Assembly (NCBI GenBank): GCA_029248145.1
Contig: JAQWJX010000061.1
Coordinates: 1-57,395 of the forward strand
Direction: 5' to 3'
DNA from: Schleiferiaceae bacterium
GTDB lineage: Bacteria > Bacteroidota > Bacteroidia > Flavobacteriales > Schleiferiaceae
DNA: 57,395 bases
In this document: in pieces, positions 50,515-57,395 of the stretch
How the letters are laid out: each line of letters opens with the position of its first letter
How positions within the stretch are numbered: the first letter of the stretch is position 1
Position numbers and translations under genes: made by a program
The notes under the pieces: model-generated
What the model was told of the DNA's origin: nothing
Seen by the model: the letters and a program-made list of their open reading frames with translations, nothing else
The model's database searches: none

Positions 50515-52113
50515 TTACAACAGTTTAATCACACGTTGAATTTGCGTGCGACCTCCCCTTTCAATGTAAAGTATATATGTACCCGCTGCGATGTTATCGC
50601 CTGGCGACCAAAGCGCTATGTAACGCTTCGATTCTAGTGTGGTGGTAGCAACCGTACGCTGGTTAAGATCTCTTAATTCTAAATGAATGGGAAGCGATTC
50701 ACCATCCGGCAGAAATAGAGAGATGTAATCCGGGAAAGGATTCGGGTACACTACGATATCAGAAAATTCTCCCTCGACTATTGCAGAAAGATAGCGGCGT
50801 GCAAAACCTAGATTTGGAATGCCATACCCAATACGTGGATTGTGTTGGTAATAATGAGAGGAACTTATTTCTAGCGCCTCTATGACTTCTTGTGCAGTAG
50901 CATCAGGAACTGTACTCCATAAGCATGCGGCAGCGCCTGCTATAATCGGGGAACTAAAGCTGGTGCCATTTGCATAAGCTAGCGTGCCGTCGGAACGATA
51001 TACCACTGCGCCCTCTCCTCTTGCACAAACATTAGGCTTTACTCTTCCATCCACTGTATACCCGCGAGAGCTAAAACTACTGGCTACACCATATTGAGTA
51101 ACACTGCCAACGGTGAGAATACTGTCTGCATCTGCGGGGAAAGTGAGTTTGTCCCAACTACTACCACCCGCATTTCCTGCGCTTGTTACTACCAGCATGC
51201 CAGTGCGCGCTGCAGCCAAGGCACCCAGTGAGATGATACTGGTCCTACCATCAAGGTCTGTAACTGAATAATCGTCTGCCGGGTCGTCAAAAGTGCTGTA
51301 ACCGAGAGAAGAATTAATAATATCCGCCCCTATTGAATCGGCATATTCAGCGCCAGCAATCCAATTCAACATTTCTTCTGGAGTTTCACTCAGTTCTTTT
51401 TCAGTCTTGATTAAAGCATAAGACGCCTGAGGTGCGGTTCCGATGTAGCTTGAATTGTAAGTAGCCATTGTACTTAATACGCTAAAACCATGCGATGAAC
51501 CTTGATAGACATTACTACCTCCTTCTACGAAATTTTTTGTCGCCGTAGTATTTAATTCGTCGTTGATGACAACCGTATTCGCTCCAACGAATCCTGCATC
51601 AAGGACTGCGATCAGCATCCCCTCGCCTAACGCGACGGTTTCATCATAACCGTTAGCCGAATGAATATGCAGGCTGTGCAAAGAAATCTGCTTAGTCTGA
51701 CTTTCTGAATAGCCGTAGGGGAACTCTGCAGTCTCCTGTTTAGTCATTCCACCACTCAAAGGAACAACGCGTTCTACACACTGTAAAGACTGAATACGTT
51801 CAAGTTCAAATGGAGTAGCCTCTACGTAGGTCACATTCAACCACTTACTAGTTACTCCAGTATAACTAGCTATGGCCTTGATTGCTGCGACATACGCATG
51901 TGAAACAGGAACATCGGCCTTAGTAAATGCGATGCCTTGACGAGAACGTCTGTCAAGCGCTCTTTGTGATAAATACGTACTAAAGTTGAGGGTATCGAGA
52001 GTGACGGATTTCGTAGAGAAATATACGGCGTAAGGAGAAGCTATCTCCTGTCCTAGCAATCCTTTCACACTGAAAAGAAATAGAATAATTGCTATGTTGA
52101 ATATTTTCTTCAT
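50515..52113 (-). CDS. S8-family (subtilisin-like) serine peptidase with a T9SS C-terminal sorting domain
   Basis: Signal peptide. Catalytic D (AVLDAGF), H (SSHGFSV) and S (GTSFSSP). C-terminal ~80 aa with VVYPNPF...GTYILYI. Confidence 0.85.
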   Translation of the reverse strand: MKKIFNIAIILFLFSVKGLLGQEIASPYAVYFSTKSVTLDTLNFSTYLSQRALDRRSRQGIAFTKADVPVSHAYVAAIKAIASYTGVTSKWLNVTYVEATPFELERIQSLQCVERVVPLSGGMTKQETAEFPYGYSESQTKQISLHSLHIHSANGYDETVALGEGMLIAVLDAGFVGANTVVINDELNTTATKNFVEGGSNVYQGSSHGFSVLSTMATYNSSYIGTAPQASYALIKTEKELSETPEEMLNWIAGAEYADSIGADIINSSLGYSTFDDPADDYSVTDLDGRTSIISLGALAAARTGMLVVTSAGNAGGSSWDKLTFPADADSILTVGSVTQYGVASSFSSRGYTVDGRVKPNVCARGEGAVVYRSDGTLAYANGTSFSSPIIAGAAACLWSTVPDATAQEVIEALEISSSHYYQHNPRIGYGIPNLGFARRYLSAIVEGEFSDIVVYPNPFPDYISLFLPDGESLPIHLELRDLNQRTVATTTLESKRYIALWSPGDNIAAGTYILYIERGGRTQIQRVIKLL

Positions 52114-53300
52114 TCAGATATGGTTCCAGAACCGATCAATTCTTCTCCAGTATACCAAGCCGCAAATTGTCCCGGTGTGATGGCCTTTTCAGGAGAATCA
52201 AATTCTATATATGCACCCTCTTCTATGCGGTGCACTGTGGCTTTTACTAAAGGTTGGCGGTACCGAATGCGCACATCATAGGCACAAGATTCGCCGATGG
52301 ATAAGGTTAAATCTTCACGAATCCAGTGCAGTTCAGAAGCTTTAATAAACAAGGCATCACGATACAACCCTGGGTGATCTTCTCCCTGACCTACAAAGAT
52401 CGCATTGAAGGTGGTATTCACTTCCAAAACAAATAACGGCAATGGACTTCCACCTATGCTTAATCCTTTACGCTGACCGGTAGTGTAATAGTGTGCACCA
52501 TTATGCTTACCCCGCTTAAATCCATGTTTAGGGTGAAAGTGAAATGGCGCAGCTTTTTCCGCTCGAGTTGTTCTGGGCAAAGACAGTACATCCGCATCTC
52601 GAGGAATTTCCCAAACGGTACCCGTTTTAGGCTCTAATTTTTGTTGTAGAAAGTCAGGCAATCGGACTTTTCCAATGAAACATAATCCTTGTGAATCCTT
52701 CTTTTCTGCAGTAACTAATCCAGCAGTTTTAGCAATTTCCCGTACTTCTGATTTTTGAAGATGTCCTATGGGAAAGAGTGCTTTGGCCAATTGAACCTGA
52801 GATAATTGGCATAAAAAGTAGCTTTGGTCCTTGTTGGAATCTAAGCCACTCAGGAGGTGATGTACTTCTTTACCATTAATATTCGTCGTAGTTTTTCGTA
52901 CGTAATGTCCTGTAGCGACATAATCTGCACCAATAGACACGGCAGTTTTAAGAAAAAGATCAAATTTTATCTCACGATTACAAAGTACATCCGGATTAGG
53001 TGTACGTCCACGTTCATATTCGCTGAACATGTAGTCCACAATACGTTCTTGATACGCCTCGCTCATGTCAATAACCTGAAATGGAATGCCCAATTTATCA
53101 GCTACCAGCATGGCATCATTACTATCTTCTACCCAGGGGCATTCGTCATGAATAGTGACCGAATCATCCACCCAATTGCGCATGAATAATCCAATGACAT
53201 TGTACCCCTCTTCTTTGAGTAAATACGCTGTAACAGAGCTATCCACACCACCGCTAAGACCTACTACAACCGTAGTTTTACTCTTTTCCTTCTGCGTCAT
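52110..53300 (-). CDS. mnmA: tRNA 2-thiouridine(34) synthase
   Basis: PP-loop [12 protein letters not shown] and [10 protein letters not shown] chose the ATG at 53298-53300 because the track start at 53312 is GTG. Confidence 0.95.
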   Translation of the reverse strand: MTQKEKSKTTVVVGLSGGVDSSVTAYLLKEEGYNVIGLFMRNWVDDSVTIHDECPWVEDSNDAMLVADKLGIPFQVIDMSEAYQERIVDYMFSEYERGRTPNPDVLCNREIKFDLFLKTAVSIGADYVATGHYVRKTTTNINGKEVHHLLSGLDSNKDQSYFLCQLSQVQLAKALFPIGHLQKSEVREIAKTAGLVTAEKKDSQGLCFIGKVRLPDFLQQKLEPKTGTVWEIPRDADVLSLPRTTRAEKAAPFHFHPKHGFKRGKHNGAHYYTTGQRKGLSIGGSPLPLFVLEVNTTFNAIFVGQGEDHPGLYRDALFIKASELHWIREDLTLSIGESCAYDVRIRYRQPLVKATVHRIEEGAYIEFDSPEKAITPGQFAAWYTGEELIGSGTISE

Positions 53301-53979
53301 ATGTGGTTTCACTTTCCAGTTGTCCGTATCTGTACTCTTCTTTACGAATCACTTTATTCTCCTCGAAATAATACCAAGTTCCGTGCTTCTTATCTTTTTT
53401 ATAGAAGCCTTTAGCTAATAGCTTTCCGGATTCATCGTAATAGGTGCATTCACCGTTGAGCTTATCGTTTTCGTACAAGCCCTTGGTACGCAACGTTCCG
53501 TCTTCCCATTTCCTGAGCCAAACACCCTCTTGAGCACCGCTCTCAAAAGTCTTCTTCTCAGCCAATTTTCCACTCTCATAATAGGTTACCTGTGCCCCAT
53601 TTAAGACACCGGCAGTATATTCTTCACTTTGAGTGAGCGTACCCTTTTTATCGTAATAGCGCCATGTGCTATCTCGTAATTGGTTCTTATATATTCCCTC
53701 CGCTTGTATTACTCCATTGCTGTGGTAAGCTTTTGCATAACCTATACCCGACTCCTTCCTGTAAATGATTTCAGACATCATTCCTCCTTCGCGTTCAAAG
53801 TAGTAGACGAAAGTTCCTACTGGAACATTGTTCTTGAAATACCCTTCATAGCGCTTCTTTCCAGATTCGTATGTCTTCACCCACTTGCCCTGCTTAAGCC
53901 CCTTCTGGTCCGTATGGTTCACTTGCGCAAAAGTGCTGGCGCCAATTAAAAATGAAAGAATCAGTAAAATATTTCTCAT
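53278..53979 (-). CDS. MORN-repeat-variant (YwqK-like) secreted protein
   Basis: Signal peptide [19 protein letters not shown], then about 8 repeats of the G.W..Y...G........Y..G...G pattern. Confidence 0.75.
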   Translation of the reverse strand: MRNILLILSFLIGASTFAQVNHTDQKGLKQGKWVKTYESGKKRYEGYFKNNVPVGTFVYYFEREGGMMSEIIYRKESGIGYAKAYHSNGVIQAEGIYKNQLRDSTWRYYDKKGTLTQSEEYTAGVLNGAQVTYYESGKLAEKKTFESGAQEGVWLRKWEDGTLRTKGLYENDKLNGECTYYDESGKLLAKGFYKKDKKHGTWYYFEENKVIRKEEYRYGQLESETTYDAEGKE

Positions 53980-53996
53980 AGTACAAAGTTACGCGC

Positions 53997-55430
53997 TTAC
54001 CATAAGTGAACAGGCAAGGATTGAATTAGTTCCACACCTAAATATACAGGACTGTAGGACCCTCTTGGAAAGTACTTTTGTCTAAGGTTCATTTTAAGAT
54101 GTGATAAGGAACCAATTTTACACTCCACCTGTGCTCCAGGTGCAATCATCAGGCCAGATCCCACATCTATACCACCACCACCAGCAATTCCTGAAGTCAA
54201 GTCCAAACCGTATTTGAAAGTCTTGCTGTTTTTCATAAAGGCTGCACTGAACAATCCCTCTGCATAGGCGCCGTAACCGCCACTGGCCGCCCAGAACGTA
54301 TGACCATAGGCATCCAACGAATAGTTCTCATTGCTCCAAGCTTCAATGCCTAGCCCCATGGTTATACCTGAGATAGGATTATATGAATTGCCGTTTCGAT
54401 CCAAACCGGGAGAACGCTGTTGACCCACTCCAGCCAAAACTTTTAAGGCTACCTCGCGTGAGTCCTCATTACTGTATTTTCCTCCTCGATAATGAAAGCC
54501 TAAGGAGCTTTTAAAATCAAGATGTCGGCTGTACGAAACAAACGGAACAGAAGCTTCATCACTTAGCGCCGTCCATTGTCCTAAGCTAAATTGATGCCCA
54601 CCAAACTGGGCTCCAGTACTTACCATAGTAGATATTCCACCACCTGTAAACACACCGCCACCACCGCCGGATCCTAGATGTGCGCGGAAGAAAAGGTGTT
54701 GAGAAGGCGTATTGAATCGCAGCCCCATAGAGTAATTCATATACCCGTCAATGTTGCCTAATGCACCCGCTCCTAGTTGAAGTTCACCCCCAACGGTATG
54801 ATTGGTGTTTAAATATTGTCCGACACGTACACCTGCATAGGCACTTTGCACCGGTTCACTGTTGCGAGAAGCATCTTCCGGTCCTAAGAACCAAAGACCT
54901 GTGACTAATTCAAAATAGGTGGGATAATAGCTGTTATGGCCGCTATATTCTATTCGATACGGCAATACATGTTTGTAGCCGATGGATAAATGATTCGAGG
55001 TAATGGCTCCTGAAGGAAAATCTATGTGATTATAGGCAACATCCACTATCCCATATTTGCTCTTAACACTTATTCCCGCATAACCACGGTACATTAATCC
55101 ATCGCCGTCTGGGGCACCTGCACCTCCTCCAGAGGCTATCGTTCCGCCCACATTAGCGAATATCCATGGGCTTATGTATTGATACGCACCTCCTGTAAAT
55201 CCGAAGGCATAGAAACCACCATAATTACCCATGATGGCACTTTGGGTCTCTAAACCGCCAGAGATGGAGGTTTTGGTCTTCGTATAATCCTTGACTAACT
55301 CAAAGCGCTGGGTCACCCACATCATATCATTAGAGGATTCCAACGGCTCAAACAGAAGAGTCATGGAAGTCCCCTGACCCATAGCGTATTGATGGGCTGC
55401 CACGAAAAGTAGGAGCAATAACCTTCGCAT
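53997..55430 (-). CDS. Glycine-rich outer-membrane beta-barrel candidate, paralog A, unknown family
   Basis: Signal peptide and a C-terminal aromatic residue (...PVHLW). Three Gly-run modules about 155 aa apart (SGGGAGAPDGDG, GSGGGGGVFTGGG, GIAGGGGIDVGSG). Alternating hydrophobic strands. Confidence 0.55.
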   Translation of the reverse strand: MRRLLLLLFVAAHQYAMGQGTSMTLLFEPLESSNDMMWVTQRFELVKDYTKTKTSISGGLETQSAIMGNYGGFYAFGFTGGAYQYISPWIFANVGGTIASGGGAGAPDGDGLMYRGYAGISVKSKYGIVDVAYNHIDFPSGAITSNHLSIGYKHVLPYRIEYSGHNSYYPTYFELVTGLWFLGPEDASRNSEPVQSAYAGVRVGQYLNTNHTVGGELQLGAGALGNIDGYMNYSMGLRFNTPSQHLFFRAHLGSGGGGGVFTGGGISTMVSTGAQFGGHQFSLGQWTALSDEASVPFVSYSRHLDFKSSLGFHYRGGKYSNEDSREVALKVLAGVGQQRSPGLDRNGNSYNPISGITMGLGIEAWSNENYSLDAYGHTFWAASGGYGAYAEGLFSAAFMKNSKTFKYGLDLTSGIAGGGGIDVGSGLMIAPGAQVECKIGSLSHLKMNLRQKYFPRGSYSPVYLGVELIQSLPVHLW

Positions 55431-56788
55431 CAGAATTGGGTATTAAAAGGAATATTAAAAGTCAATCCCAATTGCCAACCATAGGTCGGAAAGGCTTGAG
55501 AGGAATACACGTTATAAATGCCCCGGCCCGTTACATCCCAATTATCGTTTACGGGCACTTCAAACCCCGCATTGACAAAGGCTAGCGCGGCTGCCCCCCA
55601 TAAGTTAATTCCTCCCCCTGCTCCTGCACCTACCTGAGTTTCGACAAACCACATGTTTGGCTGAAGGCGCAGACCAAATAAACCTTCGGCATAAGCGCCT
55701 CTGCCGTCTGTAAAGGCCCAATAGCTCTCGCCTCTAAGCTGAATCATTCCTTTTTTAAACAAGCGAAAAGCAACCCCTAGATTTGAGAATCCGTCTTCGC
55801 CGAGATACGTTCTTACCCCATTTTCTATACTGAGATTCATAGGCAAATATCCGTTCTCGTTTTGTACCGATGTGTAGTTAAAATCTATACCCGTGTGCAA
55901 GCCTGTAAAGCCAAAATAGAACGGTCCATCTACCCATCTGAGTATGCCAGAGCTAAACCCTATAAACTTTCCATGGTGATGCCATTGAAGTTCTCCCTGT
56001 ACCCCAGTTAGAATACCTCCTCCCGCAGGTGCTTTTCCACCACCACCTGTTCCTAAGTTAAGTTCGGCTAAAGCTCTGAATCCCATGTAATCTTTGAAGA
56101 CCCCGTAGCCACCGTACACATCCATATATCCACCTAGATCGGATACTGCTGCAGTCAAGTAAACGCTTTTGTAGGTGTATTCATTAAACAATCGACCTCC
56201 AATACCAACGAAGGCGGTATTTCGATCGTGTTGATTGAACGTTGAAAACATCGCATTTGTGAAGATTTGGGATTGGCCCACATCGTAAGGTTGGCGACTA
56301 AAATCCTGTACTACAGTGAGACTAACTACAGGACTCCAACCTTGAATTATACCCGTACTTACGTAGCTATATTGCCCACCAAAGCCCAGATTGAATTGGC
56401 CATTCGAGTAGTCTACCATCATTGCTGTGGTTAAAAATCCACCCGAACCGTCATTGCTTTCTGCCCCACCTCCAGTTGTAAACATCAACTTTGGGTGAAT
56501 ATTGAAGGATTTCGATAAACCAATTCTACTTCCAATTTGATAACCAAAAGTGTAGTAACCAGCGCGTGAGCCTATGGCTGCATTGTTAAGACGAATACCG
56601 AAATAGGAAGGGCCATCCTTGATATGATAATTAGCAGCGGTTCCTATAAAACCGATAGGACCACGCGGCGCTTCGATAACCTGTAAAAAGTCAAAATCTA
56701 TGCTGGTAGATTGAGAGAAACCCGTTAAAAATTCGCAGAGGAATAATAGAATCAATAGTTTTGCTCGTATGAAGTTTCGAAGCATCAT
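55430..56788 (-). CDS. Glycine-rich outer-membrane beta-barrel candidate, paralog B, unknown family
   Basis: Signal peptide and a C-terminal Phe (...FNTQF). Three Gly-run modules (TTGGGAESNDGSGG, GTGGGGKAPAGGG, GAGAGGGINLWG). Shares G(A/Y)YAEGLF with paralog A. Its stop overlaps the paralog A start by 1 nt (TGATG). Confidence 0.55.
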   Translation of the reverse strand: MMLRNFIRAKLLILLFLCEFLTGFSQSTSIDFDFLQVIEAPRGPIGFIGTAANYHIKDGPSYFGIRLNNAAIGSRAGYYTFGYQIGSRIGLSKSFNIHPKLMFTTGGGAESNDGSGGFLTTAMMVDYSNGQFNLGFGGQYSYVSTGIIQGWSPVVSLTVVQDFSRQPYDVGQSQIFTNAMFSTFNQHDRNTAFVGIGGRLFNEYTYKSVYLTAAVSDLGGYMDVYGGYGVFKDYMGFRALAELNLGTGGGGKAPAGGGILTGVQGELQWHHHGKFIGFSSGILRWVDGPFYFGFTGLHTGIDFNYTSVQNENGYLPMNLSIENGVRTYLGEDGFSNLGVAFRLFKKGMIQLRGESYWAFTDGRGAYAEGLFGLRLQPNMWFVETQVGAGAGGGINLWGAAALAFVNAGFEVPVNDNWDVTGRGIYNVYSSQAFPTYGWQLGLTFNIPFNTQF

Positions 56789-57194
56789 TGGTGTATTGGT
56801 ATTGCTCTTTTTTCTAAGTCCTAAAGTTAAGGCGCAGGAGGCTAGCGATTCCTCTGTTGTTGAAGAAATCGTTGTTTTCTCAACGCGGGGTATTAATCCA
56901 TCTGGTGCACGATACCATTTAGACGGCTGTAGGTATTTGAAAAATGGTCAAATAAAGGTCGATGAGCGTCAAGCTCTTAACAGAGGGCTACTGCCCTGTT
57001 CAGTCTGTTTACCTGACCGTGCTAGTGCCTTGCCGTTCCTACGCACGAAAAGTATTGAATCTAGACCTAAGGCTTTTCGAAAATGTGTTTTCAAAACAAA
57101 GACTGGGGCAAAATGCGAACGAGAGGCGCTTCTAGATCATCGGTATTGTGAGCTTCACAAGAGTCGAGGAAAAAAAACGAAAAGAAAGCGATGA
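56769..57194 (+). CDS. Small signal-peptide protein with an Ada-type YH..C...PC..C motif, a second C/C/C/H motif and a polybasic tail
   Basis: MKFRSIIGVLVLLFFLSPKVKAQ, then ARYHLDGCRYLKNG...LLPCSVCLP, then CVFKTKTGAKCEREALLDHRYCELH, and a KSRGKKTKRKR end. Followed by a strong terminator. Confidence 0.5.
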   Translation: MKFRSIIGVLVLLFFLSPKVKAQEASDSSVVEEIVVFSTRGINPSGARYHLDGCRYLKNGQIKVDERQALNRGLLPCSVCLPDRASALPFLRTKSIESRPKAFRKCVFKTKTGAKCEREALLDHRYCELHKSRGKKTKRKR

Positions 57195-57210
57195 GCGTTT
57201 TTATAGAAAA

Positions 57211-57249
57211 ACAAAAGCCCCTAGAGTAGTACTCTAAGGGCTTAATTTT
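57211..57249. terminator. Bidirectional intrinsic terminator shared by the 141-aa gene and tRNA-Asp
   Basis: Stem AAGCCC-c-TAGAG / CTCTA-a-GGGCTT (57215-57243) with a TAGTA loop. T-rich on both strands: AATTTTG downstream, and TTTTGTTTTTC on the minus strand. Confidence 0.6.
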
Positions 57250-57251
57250 GT

Positions 57252-57328
57252 TGGCGATCCGGACGAGACTCGAACTCGCGACCCCAAGCGTGACAGGCTT
57301 GTATTCTAACCAACTGAACTACCGGACC
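57252..57328 (-). tRNA. tRNA-Asp (anticodon GTC), CCA encoded
   Basis: Reverse complement GGTCCGGTAGTTCAGTTGGTTAGAATACAAGCCTGTCACGCTTGGGGTCGCGAGTTCGAGTCTCGTCCGGATCGCCA folds as a cloverleaf. 7-bp acceptor stem, anticodon stem CAAGC/GCTTG, loop CTGTCAC, and a T-arm with GTTCGAGTC. Confidence 0.93.
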
Positions 57329-57346
57329 GTGTTCCTCAATGGGTTG

Positions 57347-57354
57347 CAAATGTA
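57347..57354 (-). promoter_or_regulatory. Candidate -7 promoter box (TACATTTG on the minus strand) for tRNA-Asp
   Basis: Plus-strand CAAATGTA. Matches TAnnTTTG 18 nt upstream of the mature tRNA 5' end. Confidence 0.4.
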
Positions 57355-57395
57355 ATAGCGTTTTTGAAATCTACAACACCTTTGAGCAAAAAAAA

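Noticed and set aside
52857-53418. Plus-strand ORFs of 110 and 87 aa antisense to mnmA and the MORN gene
   Set aside because: They are antisense to well-supported genes and have implausible composition.
57252-57395. tRNA-Asp as an integration hotspot flanking a genomic island
   Set aside because: The window ends 67 nt beyond the tRNA. No integrase, direct repeat of the tRNA 3' end or compositional break is visible on the inner side.

Overview
Densely coding (about 95%) 57.4-kb chromosomal segment. It reads as Bacteroidota, probably a flavobacterium-like organism. The evidence for that: a subtilase with a T9SS C-terminal sorting domain, the DUF4835-recN and coaBC-rpoZ-bamD gene strings, a fused E1 alpha/beta dehydrogenase, and TAnnTTTG -7 boxes just upstream of several start codons. 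I count 56 protein genes (one partial, gyrA, at the left edge) and one tRNA-Asp(GTC) at the right edge. I saw no rRNA, CRISPR array, transposase, integrase, prophage or recognisable defence genes. dnaA sits at 37.1 kb behind a 334-bp AT-rich spacer with three TTATnAACA boxes, which is a candidate oriC. Most genes are housekeeping: clpC, prfC, fabI, recN, coaBC, rpoZ, bamD, dapA, ligA, prmC, ribD, dnaA, rel, purA, murQ and mnmA. Four regions deserve a second look. (1) 13.1-19.9 kb holds a CarH/LitR-type B12 photoreceptor, an ECF sigma factor and a tightly packed crtI-crtB-idi-PTPS-folE-photolyase string. (2) 4.2-10.9 kb is a translationally coupled eight-gene string built around a minimal ABC ATPase, a MacB/FtsX-type permease and two tandem secreted paralogs sharing an FSSCFFCG motif. 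(3) 54.0-57.2 kb has two tandem glycine-rich outer-membrane paralogs, each internally triplicated; their start overlaps head-to-head with a signal-peptide-bearing Zn-finger-like protein. (4) Six convergent gene pairs have no intergenic space. All product names come from motif recognition by eye. No database search, RNA folding or skew calculation was possible, so the novelty claims are hypotheses.
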